NCBI GenBank assembly: GCA_016748015.1
Contig: JAAOMT010000710.1
Span: forward strand, 1 to 64,000
DNA: 64,000 nucleotides
Reading direction: 5' to 3'
Origin: Geosiphon pyriformis uo1
Lineage: Eukaryota > Fungi > Glomeromycota
Part shown: piece after piece, positions 24,513 to 36,960 of the stretch
How positions within the stretch are numbered: the first letter of the stretch is position 1
Layout: the number at the start of each line of letters is the position of its first letter
Notes under the pieces: model-generated
Told to the model about the DNA's origin: nothing
The model's database searches: none
The model's input: only the letters and a program-made list of their open reading frames with translations
Position numbers and translations under genes: made by a program

Positions 24513-25248
24513 TGTTACGAGTAATTATTTGGGGTGTTGAATCAAATAACAAACCTGTAACTTGGTGCTAAAAGTTATTTGCATTAATGTTATTAATCTG
24601 AAGGTTTTGTATCTGAAGGTTTCGGGTTGAGTTCTTTGTATAATAGACAGAGATTCAATAATTGTTTTATCTGTAGCTTCCCAGAATTGCAATTCTGTCA
24701 ATTTTTCTCTTGGCATGATGGCTGGCAATCCTCTGGTAAGTATTCTGTATCTTCTGTACATGTCCTACCCTCTCACAGGGGTCTTTTACCAGGCAATCCT
24801 TGATGTCAATAATCTAGCGCTTTATTTAACCAATTAGTGCACAACAATAAAATCAAAATAAAATAAAGAAAAGAAAAGAAATAAAAAAAAATTATAAATA
24901 AGCCAAGGCGATTTTGCAAGTTAGTATTTCATTAATAGCCATGATCAAAAGCTATTGTTCTAGCATGTTTAAATATCAATTACTATTAACATAGAGTGTT
25001 GATAGTGGAATTAGGTTTGAGATACCAAATAGTTATTTATTGTGTTTGAAAAGTTGTCTAGATGAAATCTAAACTTAGAGATCTGCCTTTTTTAGTTTCT
25101 AATACTACTGCTATATATACATAATTGAGATTCCTCAATTTCTCAATTCTTTACAACAGGAATCTTGGAATTCCACATTTTACTATGTCTACTTCTGATT
25201 GGCTAATAACTATGCTAATATATATTCCCTATATTTCTATGAGTAACA
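24513..25248 (-). repeat. 5' LTR of element 1 (736 bp)
   Basis: TGTTAC...GTAACA termini. Lacks most of the tandem array found in the 3' LTR. Confidence 0.95.
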
Positions 25249-27340
25249 ATGAAAGACCAAAAAAAGCTTGGTGAGAAAAATTTTCTAAAACTTACTCAAA
25301 CAGAATAAAAATAACTTTATTTATAAAACAATTGGCTAATAATACATACATTTATTATCATAAAAATCTGGATGGCTTATATCAAACATATAATAATTAT
25401 AATTATAAAACATTCTTAGATTTAAAAGAACTAATGTGCAAAATCTTTACTAACAAGGAAATTGAAGTTAGTATATATTGTGTTTTATAATTAATACTAT
25501 TTACTTACTTAAATTTTTAGGATAATATCTTGTCACATATTGAAAAGCTATACCAACATATAAAATAAACTTATGAAAATAAATTAACAATTAATGCTAA
25601 TAGTATGATATTACATAATAATTGTATCAATTATTGCTTGTTATATGTATTTGAAGAATGTGATGAATCATATTCTTTATGTTGTCAAGAGTGCCAAGAA
25701 CATTTTAAATTGTTTAAATTCATAAAACTTTATGTCAGCTTAGATAAATTTTTACAGTATGCAGAAATTAGAGATAGACTTCAATATTTTTTTGCACATC
25801 AAGCAAAAAAAGTTTATCTAAATACACAATTCAAAGCTGCATTAAATCAATTAGATAAAGATAGTATTATAATCATAGCAGATTATAAAATGCGAGTATT
25901 ACTTTAATCAGCCAGAGAAACCAAAAAAGCATTTTTTGACAAATGAGAATGGATCTTGTATACAATTCTTGTGTTTATAAAAAAGCCTGATAAAAATAAA
26001 TTGTTTATTAGAGCTTATGACTACTGAAGTACAGATATCAAGCAAGATGCTTGGTTTACAACTTCATTATTTGAAGCTATATTTGAAACAATATGAAAAA
26101 AACCAAAATGAATTCGTATATTTTTTGATAATAGTCTTCATTATCACAATTTTCAGCTTATGGTTATCATAAATCATTGGTTTAAATAATATAATATCCA
26201 AGTGCTAGGTTGGCAGTTTCTTAAACCAGGTAAAGCAAAGACTATAATAGATTCACATTATGCTTCAGTAAGTAAATATAAAGTTAAATTATATTATTTT
26301 TTTATTCACACTAATTTTATTCAAATTGTGTATGTAATTAAATAATATGTACGAATTGAATTTGATATTGCAAAGGGTAATAATATTATAAAAGCCAGTC
26401 AAAATCTTGCTGGCACTTTTTTTGCAAATATAAAGCCAGATCATAATCAAATGGGAGCAAAAAATGAGAGAAAAAAAGCACTTGTAAAAACTATACCAGG
26501 AATTTCCAAGTATTATTATTGGAAATGCCCTACTGAAAAACCACTGGTGGGTTATATTTGTATATGACCACTTCCATATGTTGGTGGTTGAGAGAATTAT
26601 TTACCAGCAGCTGTAGCAAATTTATGTAATACAAAAATTGTTAGACTAAAATCTTCTTTTTTAAAACATACTAAAAATCTCATTGATTGGAAAATGCAAA
26701 TGCCATAAATGTCAAGTAGATCTAATCTGAAGGTTATTTGTAGCAACAATAATATAAATAATATTAATATTACCTTTAAATTTAATTAGAAGATACTCAA
26801 AAAGTAAATGATGTTGGAAATCAATCAATAATAGAACTAACTATTAGAGAGACCAAAAAAAGATCATGAAATCAGTATGTCTTCTTAAATTGATTCTCAA
26901 TAAAATAATAAGATTGTTTGATATCAACCTTATATTTGTAAAATATAAATTAAAATGCCATTGCTTTCAGTTCAAGATAAATCTTTTCATTGTTTTTACA
27001 AAGTCTTATATAGAATTTTAATCAAAAAAATCATAGTCTGATTGATCAAGAATACCTACTACTAAAAGAATAGACATTAAAACATAATCAGAAAATGAGT
27101 AAAAAAAGAAAGGGAAAACATATGTCAAAAAAGATAAATATATTGTTGCAAAGTTTTTTTATAAATAAAAATTCAAACTCTTGAAATTATATATCAGCAA
27201 AAAAAATGCAAGTTAAATTTATAAAATTTGTAAAATTAGAAGAAATTGTGCAGAAAAACATTCCAAAAGTGAATACAATCCAAAATTGAATTGGGAGGTT
27301 TTCTTATGCTTTTAAAAATACTGTAAATAAATAAGCATGA
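25249..27340 (+). pseudogene. 3' part of the Sola3-like DDE transposase gene
   Basis: CQEC Cys motif. ADYKMRVL..ARETK..FF.K..W. KQDAWFT. FDNSLHYH (SDN..YH). PGKAKTIIDSH. C-terminal TLKHNQK...IPKVNTIQN(W)IGRF. Recalled as Sola3-type motifs. Several introns. Confidence 0.6.
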
Positions 27341-27599
27341 CAAATATTAGAAATTGGTAGAACTGGAAGTTTTTTAGGAGATACAATAGTTATAAAAAAT
27401 AAATAATAAGGGAAACCACTTGCAAAATTGATACTATTCTTACTATGTTTCAGTTTTCTTATTTTTGGTCATATTGTTCCCATAAAAAAACTGTTAAACA
27501 TATTAATTAAGATAATAAAACAATAAATGGGAGTATAGTTAATTATTTTTCTATGTAAACTCGACAAACAGCTGCCAAGTTATAACAGAAAAACACTTC

Positions 27600-29013
27600 A
27601 ATTAACTCTAGTTTGCTTAACAGAAAAGAGAGTATAGGTGTAATAAAGCCAATAAAATGTGCTATAATTATAAGATCTTTGTAAACTTTTACACTTTTTC
27701 CAAAAAAAGACATATTATTGACTGTGAAAATTTTGAATCATTGAATGCTAATAATTTTTACTATATAAATAAAGACAAAAATGTTGGTTTCTTATATAGC
27801 AAAAGCTACAAAAAAAAGCAGAATTGCTATTATCTTGTGCATTGTTCAATATCTAATGGATGGGCTGGCATTTGACTATTATTTAGAATTCCCATATGAT
27901 GCCAACAGTTTTGGATTGTAGTTGTTGTTACTGCTAACCATGCATCAATTAGAAAGTCAACTGCATCTTTTAATATTACTGTTGATATTAAAATCTTGCC
28001 ATCATACTGATTAATAAGATGGAAAAAAAACAACTTTTGGTATTGTGCCTTAAAGGATGCAATAATTCTTGCATCTAATGGTTGCAAATGGGATGTTGTA
28101 TTGGATGATAGGTATCTAATCATAATATTAGATAATATGGAAGATTCTCTATCATAGAAACCAGCATTATCAAGCAATAGCAAAATTTTTTTTTTCTTGT
28201 GATGCATTTCTTTATTTAATAAATTAAGCCATTCACTAAAAATATCGGTTCGCATCCATGCTTTTGTATTGTAACAATAAGTGATTGGAAGTGCATTTAT
28301 ATTAATATTGTAAAAACATCATGACTTTGTGGCTTTGCTAATAATCTTATGCAGTTTCTCTCATTCCTCTGGTAAAATTTCCAAGGAGACACTGTTTGTT
28401 TCATTATGCATCTTAATGTGGTGCAAATTATGATGTTTTTTGAACTTTTTTAACTAATCATCTGATGCTTTAAAGTTATTTTCTTCTGGAAACTTTTTAG
28501 CAAACTTGAGGGCTTTTATTTGTAAAATTTTTCCAGTAAGAATGCAGTTGGTAGCTAGTGCTCTAGCATCTATTCTCCCAGTGCATCATTTATCTTCAAA
28601 AACATCTCTTTCCTGTCCTTTGTCAATTGACCAGAGTTGCCAGATACATTTTTTTCAATCCATTGGTCTGATTTTGTGAATATCTTTGTTACAGTAGAGC
28701 AGTCAACTTTTAGATTAAATATTTTGATAAGTCTATTTGCTGATTAGTTAGAATGCTCTAGTTTGTACTGGCAGAAAGCCTTTTTAGTCTCCAAGGAGAT
28801 TGCTGCTTGCTTTTGGTTTGTGTTTTTTGGCATGTTAATAAGAACACACTTTTTATTGCATTTTGCTTTTATAACACATTGATGTATTTATTATGTCTCA
28901 AATGTTATTTTGCCTTATATCTAATCAGACATATGAGATGTCTTATGTTATATGAGGTGCTTCAGATTATAAAAAGCAGCCAAATTATAAAAATAAAGGT
29001 TTTAATCCAACTG
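27600..29013 (-). mobile_element. Degenerate pogo/Tigger-like (CENP-B/DDE_1) DNA transposon
   Basis: WMRTDIFSEWL...ILLLLDNA...NTTSHLQPLDARIIASFKAQY...IQNCW (27830-28255). Upstream CENP-B-type HTH remnants at 28430-28810. TA|CAGT terminus at 29013. Other end uncertain. Confidence 0.75.
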
Positions 29014-29265
29014 TAGAATTCTAAGTGCAAATGACAGATTCTTGGTAAAAAGAAACCTAATTTTTAAGTAATCTTCAACAGATAGATTTTCTTTAAAAAC
29101 AACATATGGCCATATTAATTTGAAAGCTATTGCATGCCTATATATATTACATATCAAATTCCACACCTTATGATAATCAGGACATTTTTTAAAAAACTGC
29201 AGTTAACTTTCACTTCGATATCCCTAACATTGTGCAAAGTATTTTATATCAATATTCCAATTGAT

Positions 29266-29385
29266 ATAGGCATTACTGTGTTTGGAGGGCTTGACAACAT
29301 GACATTGTGCTATTTTCTACACAATTATGCAAGTATGCAGAGGATCAAATTGACAACTTTTATTATTGATCATCAGTTGGAAGTA
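29266..29385 (+). pseudogene. Fragment of a PP-loop ATPase resembling TilS (tRNA-Ile lysidine synthase) N-terminus
   Basis: IGITVFGGLDNMTLCYFLH...LTTFIIDHQLE fits IAVAVSGGxDSMALxxLL...VDHxLR after C>T/G>A changes. Confidence 0.55.
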
Positions 29386-29449
29386 AAAGACAAAAAGTAT
29401 TGCAGATGCATTATCAAATGGGCCCAAAATGAAACAGATCTTATATTTA

Positions 29450-31146
29450 AGTTAAAGTATGAACAAGTTTTTTTTTATTTACAAGCAATTATTAACTTTC
29501 ACACTGGAGTTCATTTCAATAGGTTTTCATTAAGACTCATGGCTAGATGAATGTTTGCACCAATTTGGTCTACTTAGCACCATCTTATTTACTAATTAAT
29601 TGAAATTGCTGATGAAGAACAATGGCTACGATTGAAGCCTGAAGTTTGCAAGCTGATTCAAGAAAGAATTGTAATTTCTCAATCTAAACTTTCAAATCAA
29701 CATTAAGACCATGATGCAATACTTGAAGAAATTAACAAAATACTCAAATTGTTGATTTTTTTTACACCTTCACAATGGCATTGGGAAATTGCAGTGTGTA
29801 ACTGTATCAAATTTGAAAGATTGCATACTAACCTCTTTAATGTCATCAGATATTCTAAAAGTAAAATATACAGATCTTGTACATGTTCTAGCTTTATTGC
29901 TGAATCAAATTGATTTCGAGTTCAGATAAAAAAAACACAGTTTGTAAATCCAAATGTCTCTAATTGTGTTTTTTGTGATATTGGCTATGAATAGATATTA
30001 AGTGAAGAAATGAAAAAATTCAGTGAAATTGCATGGATGAAAAGAATAAACTTTTTTAAAGCAAGACAAATTAAGAAAACATTGTTAGGTACTTGGAAAC
30101 CAATTCCAGTAACAAATGAAGAAGCAGATCATCAAAAAATGTAAATTTGTTAATAAAATCACAACTATTACCTATTATTAACTCTCTAATACCTTTTTTA
30201 AGTAATCATGTTTTCAAAGCTTATCAAGTTAATCTTGTGACAGCCTAATAAATATCCTTCAAGAAGTTAGAAATATATTGTATTATGTACAGTTTTGTTT
30301 ATTTTGGGTTGGGTGCATTACCATTTATAATTGGTATTTTTAAAACATGATATGTTGAGTCTAGATCCAAATTTCTATTCTGCATGATTATGTTTGAATT
30401 ATAAAAAGCATTTAACACGGATTTATTTGCTCCAAAAAAGTTGATTTTTAATACATTTTTAAAACTATCAGTCAAACTTTTGCTTGTTAATACTAAATAT
30501 TGGTCAAATAATGAATATGATTGCTAGTATAGAGCCCTTTTTTAATCACAGATGTCAAAGTTGGTGTGAAAATGTATTTATTGGGTATATATTAGAATCC
30601 TTATGCTCTGAGTTTTATTATTGGTCACATTTTTCTTCCTAAGAAAAAGTAAATTTGAACTCCATTCCCAGTTGATTTGCTCGAGCAATGTCCTATTAAC
30701 AAACTTGTTTTTGGAGAATCCCATTGGGCCATTATTCTCGCTTGTAGGTCTGTTAATTCCTTCTCCCAATACAAAAAAAAAGTAATCTTGTTAGCCAAAG
30801 TTTGATCCAGAGTAACTTCATTAATACTCGCAGTAACAGTCTCCAAAGCACTACCAATCTCTGAAGCACCACCAGTTTCCAAAGCACCAAGAGCAGCAGT
30901 ACTGTACTGTATGTCAATTATTATTAAAACTCTCATAATACCCACAAACAACAAGCCAGATATAATAGTTCTATTATTGTCTTCTAATGGCAGTGGTGGC
31001 TTATAAAGAAGAAGAGTAATTGAATGTTGTAATATTTAAGAAATTTTGTTTAGTGTTCTACAATTATTTCCAGAAACTTTTCTAATTTTTTTTACTACCA
31101 TAAAAAGAATGATTTTCATTGACAAATCAAGAAATCTTCCTGACTG
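29450..31146 (+). mobile_element. 3' portion of an unclassified TIR DNA transposon (same family as 51106-52939)
   Basis: Decayed ORF with FAPIW..HHxIY and HDAILEEINK. 30559-31146 matches 51106-51690 and ends in CCTGACTG|TA. Confidence 0.6.
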
Positions 31147-31189
31147 TACATGTCCGATTAAATATGAGATGACATCTGATGTTCATATC

Positions 31190-31400
31190 TAATATTATAT
31201 GATTATAGTATGACTATAGAGAGTAGAAATTACTTATATTCTGCTATCATATTTGTGGGAATAGGGATTATATGGAAATATATATAGTAAAAATGACTAT
31301 AAGAAGATAATATTATATATAAATGGTTTTGGTTTTTAAAAAAATGTGATTATAAGAAGATAGTGACTATAATCAAAGGGACTATAGAGAGAATTCACTG
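31190..31400. repeat. Terminal fragment of a pogo-like element or MITE with subterminal GACTATA repeats
   Basis: Five to six (T/G)GA(C/T)TATA motifs ending in GAATTCACTG|TA. Confidence 0.5.
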
Positions 31401-31402
31401 TA

Positions 31403-33628
31403 GTGCTAAGAAAAACTATTTTGGATAAACAATTTTTTTACTTGGTTTTAGTTATTTTACAGCTCATTGTCAATTATCAAATGCAATTTAGTTTTGTTTC
31501 ATTAGATGTGTATTACAAGTAGGATGTTATAATTAGGAAGAATCTTAAAGCAAAGACTAATTTGTTTTGCAATTTTTCCAATAAAGTTTTGCATCATTTT
31601 TCTTTGTATAATTTGAAATCTTTTAAACAAGTACAGTTTAAAGAGAAGCTGGCTTTACTAGTTTTTTTTTCTAATGCCCATGGCATTTTTGAGTGATTAT
31701 TTGAACATAGGTTTTTAGATTTGCAAGTTTTGAGGTGGTCTTTTTTGAATCCTTTACAGTTTTTTGTCAAGTTGCATATTAGCCCAGTAAATAATTTTTT
31801 GGCTGGTATGGTAAAAATTTTCTTGGAAAACAAATTGTCTTTGATAAATAATTTGTTCAATGCTTTTTAAGAGCCTGGTAGGTTTTTAATGTTTGGTATC
31901 TTGAAACAACTTTTATATTATGATTCTGTTTTTTTTTAAAGTGGTTTGGTATTGCATTTAGTGACAGACTTTTAGACAAAAAAGAAAAAATAATAGACTG
32001 GAAAACATTTTGGCAGTGAAAAAGATTGGATTTAAGGGGCCTTATATTCTACTGGTTTATGTTAACATCTAAATTTATGAACAATAATGTTTTTATGGAG
32101 ATTAAGTTTGCTGTTGTTTCCAATTTACCTGTACTAAATGTCTGAAAATTTGAAAAATTCTCTAAGATACATAGTAGTTTATTGAAAATTTGGTCTGATT
32201 GCTTTAAGATCTATATAGATAGTTTTTTAAAAGATGCTTGTTCTGCTAATATAACATGTAAAGCAGCTGCTTATTTTCTAGTTGTAAGCATGAATATTGG
32301 GATTAAAGTAGATAAACTTTTGTTTTCTACTTTAGCTAAATTACAGGCTGTTACTTTGGCTTTAAAGTGTGTTCTATTTTCATGTGCTATAATTTTGTAT
32401 TTGAACAGCCAATTTACAATTAATGTCTATATGGCTGAGATTTTATGTGTTGTGTCTGATTTTTGCAATCAATGCTGGATAGAAAAATTGCATATAGTTA
32501 ATCTTATTAATGATAAAAACATTTTAGTCAAGTGGTTAAGATTAAAGATTATTTAAAGATTTCAGACAATATAAAGACTAATGTGTTGGCTGGTAAGGCT
32601 ATTTCATCTTTCTTTTTTTTGTTAATTGGGATTTGCAAACAGTTTTTAATGACTAAAAATACAGTTGTATTTAATAATATTTATTATTTTGTATGTAATC
32701 TGTATTAGTTGATTTGTCACACTCATTGAAAGACTAGTCCTAGTTATAACATGGTTTCAAGTGTTATGGTTGGGGAGATAGATTGAGCTATTACTACAAT
32801 AGTCTGCCATTTTAATTTACATATGCTCTCTGAATTCATTAGTAGAATTTTGGTTAATTTGCATATATATTTGATTAAAGTAGTATATAGATGGCTGCCA
32901 TTAGCTATTAGGAAGAGATTATATGACAAGAATTATTCTGAGGTGTTGTGTTTGCTATGTGGTAAAGTTGAATTGTCTGACCATGTTTTTATTTGTGTTA
33001 GTAATATTAGTCTCCATGAAAATATTTTGGCTAAGATTACTAGAAAATAGGTATTATTGGCTGGCTCTTTTTGTTTACTTGTTTCTGTTATTTCGCATTT
33101 ACTATTAATATATTCTTTGGACATGGGTTTGTACACTACAATTTGCAAGGGTTTTGTGTTAAGGAATTGGTTTACTAAAGCTGTTTTGATTTTCAACAAA
33201 AAAAAAAGCTGCTCTAGCTTTTATTAAATATGTTAGATTTATGGTAGAGTTATATCATACTAAGATGTGGCTTATTTGGTCTAAACAAAGAGTGGATATA
33301 GAAAGAGCTGGATTAATTAGAGATAATGATTTGGTTTCAGGCTTGTCTTACTGTGTGATATTTATTTTGTCAAATGGAATAATTTGTATGTTTGGTATTG
33401 TAAAATCTTTTGCTGTTAGTTTTGGTAAGCACAAATTGTGTTGTTTTTTTTCTGGTTTGAATGATAATGTATTTGTTAGTATAAATATATAATATTGCCT
33501 TGTTTGGTCTGAATAACTGGCTACATATAGTAAGAGCATAAGCTATATTTAGTTTAAACCACTTAATTTGGATCTATGTACTAAATAGCAATTGGGCTTT
33601 ATTTATTAAACATTATAATAAAAAAAAA
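31403..33628 (+). mobile_element. 5'-truncated LINE B (ORF2 C-terminal half, 3' UTR, poly(A))
   Basis: IYIDSF RNase H remnant, CLLCGKVELSDHVFIC, shared 3' UTR and poly(A) near 33617-33628. Confidence 0.88.
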
Positions 33629-33786
33629 TTATCATAAATAGCTTTAGAATTCTAATAACTTAAATTAATTATTCTTTTTTTATTATTAAAAAATTTATAA
33701 GTAAAGTTTAATTGTTATTTAATACATAAATCCAAACTAAGTGGAACAAACTAAATACAATTTATATTCTTATTACATATAACCAG

Positions 33787-34708
33787 TGTTACAGGTAAAC
33801 TTGGCAGGATATGATGGTAATGTTTGGTGCTCTATTTTTTTGGATTAACTTTCAAGGTTGTCTGCTTTTTCTACCATGTTAGTGTTATCAGTCTCTGAAG
33901 GTCTATTCTTGGATGTGAATTTATCCATTGAATTTTTTGGTTATAAGGCACAGAGTTTGTCTTTTGTCAATTGCAACATTTTCTATAATTGTAAGTTTTC
34001 TTCTTTGTGCTAATAAGCACAGTTGTTAGGATCTGGTGTTGTCTTTTTGCCCTTTTGGTAAGCTACCAAGATAATATTAATATTCAAAACTTAGGAGGAG
34101 CTTTCTTCTTTTACTAGGCTATCACAAAGTCTATTCCAAGACAGTCAATTTTTCTATGTTGCCATTTCAAACAAAAAAAGAAAGAAAAGAAAAAAATAAA
34201 AAAAGAAAAAGAAAAGAAAAGAAAAGAAAAGAAAGAAAAAAGAATTAGTTTCTGTCAATCACCATAATCAAGAGCAATTGGTCCAAATTATTAAGGTTTG
34301 AAGTGTTTATGCTAATGGCATCTGTTCTGGAATAAAGGTAAAAAATACTGATTTCAATTTTTAATTGAAATCCATAATATTGGTGAACATGAAATGGTAA
34401 ATTGGATTTCTTTTTGGTTTTTGATATTTTTATTGTATTTCGGACTATGGATATATGATAAGTATAATACAAAGTAAAATTGATTGCTAACTAACTGTCT
34501 TTTCAACTTCTATAACTACTTGCTTTTATATATTCTTTTGGTTTTATAGGATTGCTTTCAATTGCTTTACTATTGCTAGCTATTGCTTGTGTTTGCTAGC
34601 TATTGCTCATGTTTGCTCTGTGTTACTTTAGATTGTACCACGTTTTTCTTGTCATGTTTCTTTGTCACATTTTTCCATAGCTTTTTGGTTTTTTCTACTC
34701 AGGTAACA
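33787..34708 (-). repeat. Solo LTR (third family)
   Basis: TGTTAC...GTAACA termini, TSD CCAG, TATA near 34525, TATTGCT repeats and an internal (GAAAA)n tract. Confidence 0.9.
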
Positions 34709-35118
34709 CCAGCCATTTAGATCAAACAAAGTAACACTACATGTTTATACAAATAAAAACATCTCCACTCAAACCAAAAAAAAAGATACAGTTTGTGCTT
34801 ACCAAAACTAACTGTAAAAGCTTTTATAACACCAAGCATCCAAACTATTTCATTTAATAAACTAGATATTATCTTATAAAACAAATCTGAAACCAAATCA
34901 TTATTTTTAATTAACCCAGTTTTTTCTATATCTATCTTATACTTAAACTATATAAGCCATATCTTAGTATAATACAACTCCATTAAATATTACACATAAT
35001 TAACAAAAGCAAAAACAGCTTTTTTTTTTCATTAAAAACTAAACAAGTCTTGACATACTATTTATTTAGCACAAATTTCTTTCAAATAGCAGTATATAAA
35101 CTTATATTTAAAAAACAT

Positions 35119-36091
35119 TGTTACTGGAGGTTTTTGGTCTTTTTTCTTGAATGTTGTAAATATTTGTTGGTTGCAAATTCACATTTTCTAGAAGTAGTTG
35201 AATCTCCAATAACTGAATTTATCTTCAAATTATCTTCTATAATTTGAACTTGCTGGGCTTATAAGTAGAATGGCCAATTCCTTGCCAGTTACTTTATGTA
35301 GTTACATTGTAGTAAATGTCAACTCTTTCTCAGAAATTGCTCATCTGAAAGCTCACTAAAAATGTGTAGTTACTTTGCTGTAAAAGTCAACTCTTCTACA
35401 GAAATCTCGTCTGTAGGCTACCCTAATGATTATAATAAGAAAATAAAAAAAAAGTAAAAAAAAAGTAAAAAAAATTGAATTCTGTCAAGAGAAACATTTT
35501 CTATCCAGGCCTGGAGTCACTAACAGTTTACTGAAATTGGTAGCTAATCAATTTCAAAATGTTAATTGGGTTTTGAAGATTTTCCAAGTACAATAATTAA
35601 AGAATTTGGTTTTTTAAATTATTTGATATTTATTTCTTTTTTTGTGTGTAGGAATGGTTTTAAGTGATAAATCTAAAGTAAAATACATTTTCTTGAAGAG
35701 AAAAGCTCTTCTTTTATACAACTTGTTGTAGTACTAGTCTATGGACTTGCACTTTTTCTCTTTGCTCAAATTTCGGCAAACTAAAGATACATTTTAATGA
35801 ACTACAAGTTATTTTGCTGAACTATTGATTAATTTGGATGAACTATTCATAATTTCGGCGAATTTCTTATAAATTTCGGCGAATTTTAGAATGTTACAAA
35901 GTTCAGGGTATTGTGTAATTTGATCATTCTACTTTCTGTCATACTAATTGGATTATTTAATTAAATTGTGATATGTGATAATTGATTAAATAATAAGTGA
36001 TAATTTGAAATGATATTAATATACTAATTAATTTATAGAAATTATAAGGGTAATTTCATGCTAATTGATAGCTAAAATTCTACTGGTAACA
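35119..36091 (-). repeat. 3' LTR of element 2
   Basis: TGTTAC...GTAACA termini. Matches 44041-44981. Confidence 0.95.
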
Positions 36092-36779
36092 TAATCTCTT
36101 CCTTAAGACTGAGCTCCATCAAAGTCCAAGCACTATCTGTGATATTGAGATAGTGATCCAAAATAATTGAAGTAATCTGGTCTGAAAATTGTTGAAATTT
36201 CAGTTCTGTGAGTTTGCAAATGTATTGGATTTTTATTGGTTGCAATATTGGATTTTGTAGAACATTTTCACAAGTATTAAACAAATCATAAAGTCTAAAA
36301 GCTGCTCTAAGTTTGTAGTAAGTGTTTGTTGGTCCAGCTGCTGTTTTAAATTTATTGTGAATTTGTTTTTGTATAGCTTTAGGAGTAAGATTTGTTGCTT
36401 CAAGTTCCAGTTTTTGTTCATAAAGTGTCTTTCCAATGTGAAAGTATTTATAGATAGGAGTGTGTTCATTGTTCTGTTCATTAAAAAGTAGTAAAAGTTT
36501 TTGTTGTATTGTAGCATTCAGTGAAATATCAATAGGGGCAATTAAAAGATTTTTTTCCAATGCTTGCTTTAAAAGTCTTGGTAACTTATTTTCAGAGTGA
36601 CTTCTTGTTTTTCTTCTATAGGAGTGATAGTTCTGTGGATGATTTACTACTGGGGCTGTGGTTTTTTTCTGAATGTAATTAATTTGACTTTTATTAATTG
36701 TTATGGATAAGTCAGGAAGTGTTTTCAAGGCTAACATTAACTTTTGGAATATTTGTTGAATATTTTGGGGAATAATCAT
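36072..36779 (-). CDS. Element 2 ORF3, unknown function (ancestral stop probably at 36103)
   Basis: 235-aa open frame between integrase and PPT. Homologous to element 1 ORF3. An alternative frame ends LDFDGAQS*, matching LDFNGAQY*. Confidence 0.8.
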   Translation of the reverse strand: MIIPQNIQQIFQKLMLALKTLPDLSITINKSQINYIQKKTTAPVVNHPQNYHSYRRKTRSHSENKLPRLLKQALEKNLLIAPIDISLNATIQQKLLLLFNEQNNEHTPIYKYFHIGKTLYEQKLELEATNLTPKAIQKQIHNKFKTAAGPTNTYYKLRAAFRLYDLFNTCENVLQNPILQPIKIQYICKLTELKFQQFSDQITSIILDHYLNITDSAWTLMELSLKEEIMLPVEF

Positions 36780-36960
36780 GGTAAAATTAACTAATTATGA
36801 AAAAGAAGAATAAAGAAAATTATTTTTGGGTATGGGGTTTTTGTTTTTTTTTTTGGTTTGGGTGTTTTTTTTTTTTTTTTTTTTGTGTAATTATTTACTA
36901 TTTTTGTCTTTGTGTTTTTTTATTAAAAAATTATTGTAAAATTTAAGTGTTCAAGTTTGG

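Larger units (their letters stand above)
15223..25248 (-). mobile_element. Complete Ty3/gypsy LTR retrotransposon 1 (dUTPase, extra 3' ORF)
   Basis: Two LTRs, 4-bp TSD ATGA (15219-15222 and 25249-25252), PBS, PPT and PR-RT-RH-IN order. Confidence 0.95.

Noticed and set aside
34175-34243. (GAAAA)n microsatellite as an independent feature
   Set aside because: It is the expanded U-rich tract of the solo LTR.
35298-35419. Hammerhead ribozyme (retrozyme) in the LTR
   Set aside because: CAGAUGAG/CAGACGAG only resembles the CUGANGA core, and the required stem II-GAAA-stem III geometry is not evident.
36072-36779. ORF3 as an env gene
   Set aside because: No signal peptide, transmembrane helix or fusion-protein pattern.
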